NCBI GenBank assembly: GCA_024137785.1
Contig: JAHRHZ010000289.1
Coordinates: 23,625,512-23,689,511 of the forward strand
Length of the DNA stretch: 64,000 bases
DNA from: Ginglymostoma cirratum
Lineage: Eukaryota
Direction: 5' to 3'
Shown: in pieces, positions 23,529-34,900 of the stretch
Numbering within the stretch: position 1 is the stretch's first letter
How the letters are laid out: each line of letters opens with the position of its first letter
The notes under the pieces: model-generated
What the model was told of the DNA's origin: nothing
Databases searched by the model: none
Seen by the model: only the letters and a program-made list of their open reading frames with translations
Program-made: the position numbers and the translations under genes

Positions 23529-25289
23529 TAACTTGCTGCACAGAATTCCCAGATAGCAATTCCCTGGGCCATGCATCTATGGCAACAGGACGAAGCTTAT
23601 AAGTGGCTACTTAAGATTAAGTTTAACTGCATCAGGGTAGTTGGAAAAGTCGTGGGTTCCACACCTCTCCACCTTCCTGATTGAAGAAATAGTGCACCCC
23701 ATCTCAGAATTCACCTCCAAATGCGGCCCATTCCTGTTGATGTCTGTTTTGGGGTAAATTTTCAGGTGAACTATACGAGTGTCTCAACAATCTGGTTATT
23801 ATAATGATAGCACTAACAATCAAAACAAACCTCCTTTCCTTCCTGAAGACTACACTGATCTAAATATTTGAACTGCTTCCGTGTGCAAATCATGTAAACA
23901 GAATCGAACTCGACCTTACCAAAACCAGCATCCATTAAACTAACAGAATACTTAGTATCTGACCAGACTAACTAATTAATTTCACTTCATAGCAAACTGG
24001 ATGAAGGATAGTTTCCAGGATTCTTTTGGTGTGAATCCAGTATACATTTCAGCGTGACTTTGCTACCTTACTGCCTGCTATGTTAGTGTTACTTTCAGAC
24101 AGAATGTACCCTGAAATACTATGAAAACAGTCAAAAACACACAATATAATATTTAATGTACAATCTGGTTGTTTTCGCTTGACAGTACTTATTCAAAAAC
24201 ACTGACTATCTTACAAGCTGTGTCAATACGTTTCCCTGATGGTGTAAGAAGGTCTGTTCAAGTTATTAACTGTCAAGGATGGTATAAAGAGAAATGTCAT
24301 TTCTTTTTAAGTGACTCAGAGGGTCATTTTAGGTCATCATCTCTCAGTAATAGTACAGGAGTCCAGTACAGCAGTATTTATTTAACCAATCCAAATCCCC
24401 AGAGATGTGATCACCTCTTCATTTGTTGAGTTTGAGGCGTCCGTCCACTACAATCTGAGGGACACTCCTCAATAATGTGCAGCAATGCATAACGCATTTG
24501 TAGTGAGGCCTATTGTTGGAGGTTGGATGCTCTGCCTTGTCCTGAACTTGTAGGGCAAGAACTACTCTGATTGTGGTCTGTTTGTCCCACTGATCATACA
24601 ACGAGTTCAATGGGTGAAGGGTATTGTGTACCTCCTTAAGGACAATGGGGTGTCAAGATAAAATGTCTAATAATATTACCAAAATTTAATAAAAGGTAGA
24701 AAAGTAATTCTTAGCAGAGTCACCGTTCGATTTATTATACTAAGTGAGAACAGCTACTGGCTGACAAAAGCTTCCTCCTTGATCCTTACAGGAGTTTAGA
24801 AATACTATTCAGTTTAAAATTCAAGCATTGCTGTACCTCTCAAGTGTTACAATGCAGTGGCATGCTCTACTGCTTTGGAAAAATTGTAGTTTATTGTAAA
24901 TTGCTACTAAATAATCCATATTACCACCTTTAGTTAATGCTTCTTGTAGTTTTCAAATGGCTGGCTGGTTGTTTAGAGGTTTCAAGATTAGATCATTTAT
25001 TAATTTATAATCTGGTAGGGAAAAAATGCATGCTTGATGTTTTCTTTTCATTTTTAACATGATTTGGAAATGGTTTAACAAGACTACAGTACGATAACTT
25101 TGCATTCAATTCGATTGTGGTATTTCACAAAGTCCATCTTTAATATTTTGCTTGTGTTACACATTAGACCTTTACTAGGTGGAGATACAAATGCTGAACT
25201 GATTTAAGACATGCTAATTCTGAGAATAACATGGTGACGCAGAGTTACAAACCTCTCCTGCGGATTACACATGTTCCCACCCTCTCCAT

Positions 25290-25520
25290 AACAACAACAA
25301 CAACTCATGTTTATATAGCAGCATTATCAGACAAAATGTGACACAGAATCAGATAAAGAGATATTAAGAGAGGTGACCAAATGCTTGATCTAACAGATAA
25401 GTTTTAAATAGCGTCAAAATAGAAGACTGAGACAAAAAAAGACTTCTGCACGGGAACTCCAAATCTACTGGCGGAATGATGGAAATCAAGAACACACAAG
25501 AGAGCAGAATTGGAGAGGTT
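25290..25520 (-). mobile_element. L2-like LINE 3' end
   Basis: (aac)n tail followed by 'atgtttatatagc...cattatcagacaaaat...gagatattaag...ggtgaccaaatgcttg'; reverse complement of the 14160-14315 type. Confidence 0.65.
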
Positions 25521-27550
25521 GCCAGGAATGATATATCCTGTGAGGCACAATTGACACACTAACTTGCTGTCTCTGGATCTGGATTTAGATCCAGCACAGA
25601 ATGCAAAGACAAAAAGTGTGGCCTCCTGGATAGCTGTGCACTTATATGAGAAACAAATTAGGGCAATCTCAGCACAGTACCTAACAGGGACTGTGCATAA
25701 ACTGACAATCTCACAAAGAAAATCGCACATGATAGCTGGTATCAGATACAGGAAAGTTCACGCTGATACCATCGACAGCACTGAAACCAAAGCTACGGCT
25801 AATTTTTGCATTGTTTGTCGAACCCTGCTTTGGGAGTAATTGAAGCTGATCCTAGGTGCCTGAAATACGAAAGTCTTCCATATTCCTCACAGTATCCATG
25901 TCCTCACTTTAAGAATACGAACATTTGCCAAGATTTTTTTTCAATTTTGTCCTAAAATTTACAGAATTACAATACAGAATACAAGCGTCTCATTCATGAA
26001 GATTCCAGATGAAGATTCCAGATGATCTTTGCGAGTTAAAGTTCGATATATCTCTGTTCAGCAATGCTACGTAAATAATCTCCAATTTGGAATACTGTCA
26101 CACTTTGCTACTTCAGAGCTGTGATTATATCCCGCGACTATTAACTAATTGTCCACTTACCGCATCATTATATATGACAGTGTTGACAAAGCCAGTGGGA
26201 TTTCGCAAGCCCACAAACATCACTGAGACAGCAGCAGCTAGACACCCACAGGAGAACTTGCTATTGGTGTGCAGAATCAACTTATTTAATCACAAAAACA
26301 AAACAGATAAAAAAAAACACCTTGAAGGAAGAGAGCTGCTTATATACATAGACAGGAAGGCAGCAAGGAAGAAATGAATTAACCACTGTGTGCACTACAT
26401 AAAATGCAATTAAAAGGCCACACCTTTGTGACACTCCACAAATAGCTTCTCTTAGAACACAACCACAAACTAGGTGCAATTTTGTAAGTGTGCAGCTGGA
26501 AATTAAACATTCATAATTTGAATTTCACTTAAATCTCGTTTTGACATACCCCCATGCTCCTGTAATAACCAGACTGTTACAGTATTGATGTACTGTACTT
26601 ACCAAGCTAGCTGAACAAATGACAAGTAATAACTGCAACATTTAAGCACCGCAAAGTAATTACATCACTAGGTTTTACTGCAGGTTACATGTTGCTACTG
26701 AAAGTTCGAATCTGCTGGCAAAATGATGCTAATAGTGGAATATTACAATTCATCATTGAAATCCAACCAATAAATCCCAAATCACTGTCTGTTTCCTGTT
26801 TACCTGATGGAAATAGCAGTATGATGAGCTCTATTTCCTAAATGATATATCTTTTAACTTTCTCAATAACTGATCTCGATGAGAAGACATAACACTCAAT
26901 AGCTGAGGTCTTCATTGGCATAGTTGAACTAACTGCGGACTTTTGGTCCTCTAATGTACTTTGCCAGTATACTGCAGCTGCAGTGGCCACAGTATAATGT
27001 GTTAATATTTCCCTTTTCATATTGGGGTGCTTGCATTTATTGGTGAGAATCCTGTTTGGCATGGGCTCTGCATCAACAATATGTCCTGGCCAAGGGAAAT
27101 GGGTTGGATTCAGTTGGATGGGTGGATGTTCAAAGCTCTTCCATGAACTTGGTGATCCCAACCTCAGTTACTACACTAACGCATAAAGAACAGGAACTTT
27201 GATCAGGTATGGAAAGTTACTCATTCTCATGCAACTGTGGCCCAAGGTAAAGTACTGTGTCAGTTCGTAGTAGTGGAGTAAGATGACCACAAAAGAAATA
27301 AAATTAAAATGAAATCTGCAAGATGCAAGAGCTAAATCGCAAAGTTTGTTTGTAACTTTGACCCTTACAATGAAGTTCAGATGAAAAAATAAAGGCAATT
27401 CAACAAATAAAGGCAACAGCACATGTAATGCAGAGGAACATCATGAGGTCAAATTGAAGGACATGTGTGGCATTTTTTTTTAAAGAAAATGACAGATGCA
27501 GCAGTAGAGATAAACACGCAAAGTCGTTACACAGATGCAGTTCAAAAATT

Positions 27551-27700
27551 TCAGACAAGGACTCCGGTACAGTCTTGTGCTTCTCTAAATTCAATTGGCT
27601 TTCCAAGAGTGAGTTTTACATGTTCAAAGAACCCCAGGTGCGACATCTCCACTTCCTTGAAGCCTTGAAACTTAGCACTGAAACATAGCAGCTTAGTCAT
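27551..27700 (-). CDS. Candidate 49-aa small ORF in a putative spliced exon (unidentified)
   Basis: GCCACC-ATG, MTKLLCFSAKFQGFKEVEMSHLGFFEHVKLTLGKPIEFREAQDCTGVLV*; a strong acceptor (pyrimidine tract, ctctttaatccag|G) lies 54 nt upstream at 27754. No homologue recognised. Confidence 0.3.
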   Translation of the reverse strand: MTKLLCFSAKFQGFKEVEMSHLGFFEHVKLTLGKPIEFREAQDCTGVLV

Positions 27701-28904
27701 GGTGGCAATATTACTGGTCAAGCAAATTCAAGTTTCAACCATTTGGAAGATCTCCTGGATTAAAGAGGATGACATAGGTCAGGAAGACAAGCACAGCAAA
27801 ATGTGAAGTACAATCATACATAGTAGAGATGACTAAATATTGTGGCATGAATCACTCCACTGCATCATCTGCTTTTCTAACAAAAGGAAAACTATGCACT
27901 AAATGAAAAGAAGTTCCTTTAGTTTTATAAAGGGAAAATAATAGAAACATCTGGTTGAAAAGTAAGCAGAAAAAATATATTTTGCTTCAGTAGAAAATTG
28001 CTGTTAAGTTCCTGAAAATACATGAAGTGGAAAATAGGATTTTGTTGTTTTTCATGTTTTATGCTCACGGGTTGTGGATACATTAGGATATATTTTTCTT
28101 CTGCTAATTTTAGTGAAAAAGCAGATTTTAATGAGTGAAGTGGTCTTGTAAATGTTGCCACTTGTGTGAAATTATCAATGAGCAAGTTATTATCTCTTTG
28201 GATGTGGACTTTGGCAACCACTTCTTTTGTAGTCAATCTCACCTCAAATTACTAGGTCACACATGTGATATAAGAACTCTTATTAAAATATCACTACCCT
28301 TATGCAAATATATTTGAACTGGCAGAGGAGACAACACCACCAGATCCTGCCAGCATGGTCTGAGGCTGTCATCTGTGTCAGTGCAGTTTTAACTCTCTCA
28401 AGGAATGCCCAGCAGTGTACAAAGAAGGTTAATGACCTCTGGCCCACCAGAAAGCCATCTGCTACCCCACACTCACTCTTTCTCTGCTACTGAATCTATT
28501 TCCCATAGACTCATGCTGTACTATTCTGGCGATTGCATGTACCATGTTCCCTCACTCGGTCTAATTTACCCTAACACCCCACATTACTGAGAGACCTACA
28601 TGGCCTCTGGACTGCCTACTTGGGAAGCCTCACCTCTTTTGCTCCACCTGCACCAGCATTAACAGCCACCCGCTTATCTCACTCAAACCCTTCCTTTGTT
28701 TCATTGCAGGAGAAAACAGCCAAATGGGGCTAAATGAGGCAGGACGGGTGTTGGGTAGTCTGACATTTGGCTCTTTAACCCCTATGAATAGAGGATCTTG
28801 GCCCTGACTAGTGATAACTGGGGCCAGTTTTGTGACGATGCAGAAACATCCATATCTTGGCAACAGGTTAAGAAGCATTGTTCATTTCTGGGCTACTCTC
28901 CTAT

Positions 28905-29120
28905 TAAAGTTTCCAGAGTCCCATGGGGTGCTGTCTCATTAGACAGTGATACAGCTCCTGATGAATTTAACCTGAGGGTCACTACACCTCAGGCAAGGGG
29001 TGAGATTGAGAAGGAGAATCCTTCATGGTAACCTCAGCCGGTGTAGGAATTGAACTGATGCTACTGACGTCACCGTATGAGAGAAACCAGCCATCCAGCT
29101 AACTGAGCTAACCAACCTCC
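28905..29120 (-). mobile_element. tRNA-derived SINE (family B) inserted in the Harbinger gene intron
   Basis: 'tttaacctgagggtcactacacctcaggcaagggg...ccttcatggtaacctcagccgg...ccagccatccagctaactgagctaacc'. Confidence 0.8.
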
Positions 29121-29738
29121 TATTATCCTACTAACCCCACGATGAATGTACTCTTAACCCGCCACAACATTTACCCTGTACTCATGACTCATTCTCTCTT
29201 TTGTTTCCACAGGTACATGTGGCATAAGCATGGACAAGAGGGTGGTCCCACAAGACAGCTCCTTCTCCATATCTAAGGATGCAAGCACAGATATAGCAAA
29301 GGATGTATTAGCAAGGCTACTTTCTGTATCCCACCCCACCAGCTCGGATACTGGCACCTCACGGTTGAGCGTTACCTAGATTAGAGTTGGGAGCTGGTCG
29401 ATGAAAAAATGCCGGAAGGACTGCCAGAGATCAGGCACCTGCTTAGCCACAGATTAGAGAGGACCCATGGTGTTGGCTATTCACGATCTCATTGACATAC
29501 CGATGCAGACACAGAAGCAGCAGGCAGGGGAACCTGACACAAGGTTGCAGGTCTGCAACATCACCATTGGGTGTTACTCCCTCTGGAATGCAAGTGCCAG
29601 GCTGCCTCTGTGGGGAGGTTGATGGCTGTCATGGGGAGCCACATCCTGCTAGTCTGCAGGACACATGTAATGACCTACAGTTCATTGCTCTAGGCACAGA
29701 AGCTCAGAGTCGATAGCAAGGCAATGGGGGAACAAGGG

Positions 29739-29996
29739 ACCTTAACCTCACTAGAGATAACAAGGTGTAGAGCTGGATGAACACAGCAGTCCAAACAGTA
29801 TCAGAGGAGCAGTAAGGCTGACGTTTCAGGCCTAGACCCTTCTTCAGAAAATGAAGAAGGGTCTAGGCCCAAAACGTCAGCTTTCTTGCTCCTCTGATGC
29901 TGCTTGGCCTGCTGTGTTCATCCAGTCTATGCCTTGTTATCTCAGATTCTCCAGCATCTGCAGTTCCTACTATCTCTGTAACACCTTAACCTCACT
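29739..29996. mobile_element. Penelope-like palindromic insert (family 1) with 14-bp TSD
   Basis: Inverted arms of about 95 bp meet at 'cccttcttcagaaaatgaagaaggg'; TSD accttaacctcact at 29739-29752 and 29983-29996. Confidence 0.88.
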
Positions 29997-31264
29997 GTTC
30001 CCTACGAGGAGACAGAGCAGTGCCAACAGGCACCCAGCTGGAAGAGGAGCCACATACAAGCAGCATCCACCCCCTCCCCCTCCCCCCACAAAGAAGTCTC
30101 CTCTCAGGACAATCCTGAAGTGACAAGGCCTTCCATCTCCACTCTACCTGATTCCCTCAACCCTTTGGAATGTCCAACTGAGAAAGATTCATTCGCCTCT
30201 GGGCAGGGCACACTCAGTACGTCTGGAGCCTCTCGACACAAATGTCCCCAAGTTTCCCAACCAAAGTCTCCACTGCAGGGCAAGCTCCTCCACCCCAGCT
30301 GTGGAACCCAGAAATATGCCAAGACGCAGTGGGAAGAAAAGAAACAAGAAGGTTTTGTAAGAACACACAGGTGAAGTTAGGTGAAAATATTCTGACATTT
30401 GTAAATATACGTGTTCACTTTGCTTCATCAGCTGTGTGACTGAATGACTGTCCAGTCACAACGACAAGACTGAAGGTACAGACCCTAGCCATCCTTAGCG
30501 CAATGCCAGGTTTGTTAGTTCAATGTGTGAATTAAGCAGTTCCTGTACCATGCGTAGGCTTTAAGAATTTGAAAGGTGATTGCTACCTTAGCAATAATGG
30601 TGAATCTTTCCAGGCCTTAAAACATTGCTTGTGCATCAGAACCATTATATCATTATATCAGAACCATCAGAACCAGATACTGCCTGATGTCTTCAACAGC
30701 TTTTGGGGCAAGGATTTGGACTGCACACAGGGTGTGTACCTAAAGTTCACATAGCATTAGTACTCTCAGGTGTGTTTCAGCTTCAGTATATGGATGTCTG
30801 TGTAATGCAGTTGCCATTTGAAAAACTCACATCACTCAAAATTGAAGGCCGTTGCCCTCACTGACCAAAACACTTATCTGCCAACTCGAGGTGTGGTATC
30901 AGCCATTTTCAGCTCCATTGCACACATTTGTTATTTAAAGCATAACAGAAAGAAACTGTGGTAGCTCCTCATTCAATGAATCTCAACGCAGCCTCTTATT
31001 ATTGGTGAGCCCCCAAATATACGCGTTCCCTGGTTGGTAGCCCGCTCTGTCAACCACGTAGGATTTGAACTTCCTCACATTTCTATCTGCCGCATTTCAA
31101 GAAGGTAGTTCAACTCAAGGACAATAAATGCTGACCCAACCAGCTTTACCCACATCCCGTGAATGAATTTCTAAAAATGCTAATGCATGCAAATAGTATT
31201 CTCACCATTCATCAGTGACAATCTCATTTCGCCATTCAACACTTGGTTGGAAAATGGAACTTCT

Positions 31265-31505
31265 TTGCTCTTGGCATTGAGAAGCTGTTAAGAATTCCTA
31301 TGGAATTCTGTCATCGAAAACAGTTGTGGCCAAAAGTGTTTTCAAGAAGGGGTTCAATACAGTTCTCAGGTTGAAAAGGATTGAAGGCCAACAGGAGAAA
31401 GTGGGAACAGGGTATTGAATTGGATGATCATCCATGATTATGTTGAATAGTGGGGAAGGCTCAAAGAGCCAAATGGACTACTCTGTTTCTATTTTCTATA
31501 TTTTT
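31265..31505 (+). mobile_element. CR1 3' end
   Basis: 'ctatggaattctgtc...gttgtgg...ggatgatcatccatgattatgttgaatagtgggg...ggctcaaagagccaaatggactactc...ttctattttctat'. Confidence 0.75.
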
Positions 31506-33639
31506 ACTTAGACTCTTGCTGGCCATTTTGCTTTTCTTTCAAAACGTTCTCATCAGTGTCAGTCTCACATCATTCAGGGCTCCATTAAGTAGATGCGATG
31601 CGTCAAGTTAGTTTTATACACCAACAGATGTCATTATCTGCCAATGCTACATACCTCTGAAACATGCTCCACATGCCTGCGCTGATGACCTCGCCAAAAT
31701 GATCCCAGAATGAGCCGCGCAGGCACAGCAGAAATGTACCTTTGTCACATACATGTCATTTTGCAAACAAAAAGGCAGCCACAGCACTGGAAACACAGAC
31801 ACTCTGGAGCCAAATTGTGTGGGCTAATTGTTAAAGATGATTCCATAAACCATGAAAGCAAACATCGAGTGGTTTAACAATACCATCGCAATTCAAGGCT
31901 GCTTAAACATTCTTCATTCTCTTGCATACGGAATCTGCATGACTTGAACTGTAGTGATATGAGGCTTTATTTCAATGCATATTATGGGAGAAGAAAAGAC
32001 ACTGGACATAGAATATCATGTGAAGAATAATGTTTAATATGGGAATGATTATGAGGCAGTATTCTGATCAATGGCATTAAAATTGTATATGAACCACAAA
32101 AGTGAAACTCAAGTGGTTTCTGTAATCTGAAAGCTGGGCTAGATTGCCGCCATAAAATTTCTTTTAAATATCTGTTATTAGACTAAAAAAAAACTTTAGG
32201 GGCAGTTCTACCAAGTTTCACATGCATTTTGGTGTGTCTTCCTTGAGGAAGAAGGCAGATTTGTCGCCAGTTCACGAATTGTAAGAAACAAGCCTGAAAA
32301 TAACGCAGAACCATACCGGTGTTGTAAGGTCCTGTGGCCTAAAGGCCATAGCAACAAATACATTCAAGTATCACCGTATTGTTTTTAGCTCCTCGGACTA
32401 AAATAAAAGTGGAGGAAAAGATGAAAGAAAACAGAAATGCTCACAGATTGAAACCAATCTTTTTCGGAGGCCCTGGGGCATTAAGCTGGTCTGTTCTTGA
32501 GCTAACAAAAGACCTTTAAGTTTTAGAGCACAATGACATTTCAGTAGGTAGTTTTTTTCTATGTACAAATGCATTCTCTGTCACATTTTCAACTGTTCAA
32601 ATGAGACAGAAAAAGACTGATTCCCACGTATTAGTTTATCACAATATTATCTTATTACACTACTCCCATGTAATATGTAACATCTTATCTCCTGATTATT
32701 TGATATTTTCTTATCCATCCAGCTGAAAGCTATTAGATCAGTGGCTCCTCTACTGTGAGCACAGTCACCTGCTGGGATGGGCTGACAGACCACGGCTTAA
32801 AGCAGACTGATCCTTGAATGAGGCAGTCACAGAGTCGCCAGAATTCCCTTGTTGAACAGCTGACGGCAACATAAGGCTGTGCTTCCTCTGTCTCTGGAAT
32901 CTCCAGCAACGACATTGCTGACAAAGGCACATTCTTCTAGGCTGCCCAATCTGTAATTGAACACCATCGAGAGGAAGCAGGTTTGGATTCAGGCCAAATA
33001 GTGCCTTCCTCTCCCTCTTTCCACAAGAGTCTTTGACTGTGCGCAAAGAACTTTTTTTTCCGTATCATTTCTTTAGTTAAACTGAGCAAATGTGTTTTGA
33101 GAAGAGTTACCAAGCAAACTCCACATAGAAGCCTCTTTTAGCATACATCGGCCTTTGACACAAAACCTTTCATGGTATGTAGGTCAGTCAGGCAGGAGCT
33201 TGAATGGTCCAGCTTGCTCAGTGCCAGAATCAGGGCAGAAGAACTCATTCAGCTTTTTATTTTATAAGGTGGGTATTATGACTGCATGTCTTCAGATGTG
33301 GCCAAAAATCTAAAGATTCCAAGAGCCTGAGAGGCTGTTGCCACATTCCCAATAAAACATGGATCAGCACCATACAGTCAGCATTTTGTGTTAACTGGAA
33401 GCCAATCTTACTGGGTTCTCTTTCTCTCTCTCTCCTAGCCATGGCCCCCTCTTCCCTCTAAACAAACCTAACTGACAGTCTTTACGATTGGTCAAGTTTA
33501 ATTTGTAATTGTGGACAGACAGGATACAAAGTGGCTTGCTTTCATGTGAAATTAAGTCAGAGTTTGGAACACTTCGAAACTATATCTAAATATTAGGAAA
33601 CATCATTGAAAAATCAAGTTGTTTCTTATTTCTATCCAT

Positions 33640-33920
33640 TTTCCTGCCAGTTTTTCCCATACTCCTTGATTTCCTGAGAGATCAAAAATTAATCAATCAA
33701 TCTCACTCTTCAACATATTCAATGATTGAGCTTTCACAGCCTCTGGAGGAGAAAATTCCAAAGATTCACAACCACCTGAGGGAAGAAATTTCTCATCTCA
33801 GCCCTAAATGATTGGTCTTTTGTCCCATGGCTCTCCTCTTGTTCTGGTTGGAGAAGTAACTTCCAGTGTTACTCTGCCAAACCCCTGCAGAATCTTGTCT
33901 GTTGCAATGAGATCACTAGG
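33640..33920 (-). mobile_element. CR1 3' fragment
   Basis: 'aaattccaaagattcacaaccacctgagggaagaaatttctcatctcagccctaaatg'; homologous to 40370-40550. Confidence 0.7.
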
Positions 33921-34114
33921 GCAAATCACTGTTCCTGATTTAGACTCTATATTTAATGAATGCGATATTTCATGTAATATAATAAAGAATTGACATTGGA
34001 TTTTGGTTCGCAAGGTTACAGCTACAAATCAAACATCTAGTAACAGCAATGTGAGCTCACAGGCCTCATGCTGCCTGCTGAAGTGGTGCTATGTGCATGT
34101 TTTGGTGAAACCAT

Positions 34115-34218
34115 CAAAACAGCAAAACAGAAATTGCTGAAAACTCAGCTGGTCTGGAAATATCTGTGGAAAGAAAACAAAGTTAAGGTTTTGTGTCCAG
34201 TGACCCTTCTTCAGAACT
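34115..34218 (-). mobile_element. Penelope-like terminal fragment (family 2) with decayed hammerhead
   Basis: Minus strand agtt-CTGAAGA-A-GGGTC-actg-GACaC-aAAA-ccTT-aact. Confidence 0.7.
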
Positions 34219-34459
34219 GCAAAATTCTCTTTTGTAAACCAAATTTCTCCACTAGGTCCCAATCATCTGGCAACTCTTTTATGTTCGTTTTCATCTCTCA
34301 AAATATTACATTGAAAATCATTGTTACTTTACCTTTCTCCGTGGCCTCACTCCACTCTATCTCCACAATTTCTTCCGATTCTATACTTCTGTCTGCAACA
34401 CATTGTTCCTTTGTCTCTAGGCTAATTCCATATTATTGTGTTGATGTCCCTGATCTGGG

Positions 34460-34900
34460 ACATGAGAGAGTGTTCTGAGTTCACGCCCCACTCCAGAAAG
34501 ATGTGCACACCATCTGAGCTGGTACATCAACAATGAATGTGTGGGCATTTAAGGCGTTTCCAGTCAGAAGCTAAACCAAAGCAATATATATCCTCTCAGG
34601 TAGATGTGAGGTCCCACAGCACAATTCAAGTAACAGAAGGTGAGTTTACCCCAGTTATACTGACCAATTCAGCCCTCAACCAACATCACTGTACCTAAAT
34701 CACATGAATTTCTCATGGTCACGTTACTGCTTTTGAGGCTATTGGCTACTGCATTGCAGTAAACTGGTACAAACCATTGACATAAAGTGGAGTGAGATCA
34801 TTGATAATGTTAAAATAAGCAAGACTTTCAAATATAATTCACTTATATCAAATAACTTGGGGCTTCTCGGTGTTGTAACACACTTGATATAAATGGAAGT
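34460..34900 (+). mobile_element. Deu-domain SINE, decayed near full length
   Basis: 'gagttcacgccccactccag...cctctcaggtagatgtg...gtcccacagcac...ccctcaaccaacatcact'. Another decayed copy lies at about 43560-43790. Confidence 0.6.

Larger units (their letters stand above)
28320..30375 (+). pseudogene. Decayed Myb/SANT (NAIF1-like) gene of a PIF/Harbinger transposon
   Basis: 'PAWSEAVICVSAVLTLSRNAQQCTKKVNDL' fits W..V...V.A....R...QC.KK.NDL. After acceptor tttcattgcag|28710 the sequence reads 'EKTA...TGVG*SDIWLFNPYE*RILAL' (EK.AHN...TGGG.PDI..LTPYEER.L-like). Donor at 28867, acceptor at 29212. The 3' limit is approximate. Confidence 0.7.

Noticed and set aside
25998-26027. Short tandem duplications (atgaagattccag x2; also ctgcttccagac x2 at about 57311)
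   Set aside because: Ordinary slippage duplications with no spacer structure; not CRISPR-like.
27728-27730. In-frame TGA as selenocysteine
   Set aside because: No AUGA-N10-12-AA...GA SECIS seen on the minus strand downstream, and no selenoprotein family resemblance.
31682-31735. CTGATGA as a hammerhead or C/D snoRNA
   Set aside because: No stem II closing onto GAAA; the D box is imperfect and the interior is too short for a guide snoRNA. Kept only as an unexplained hairpin.
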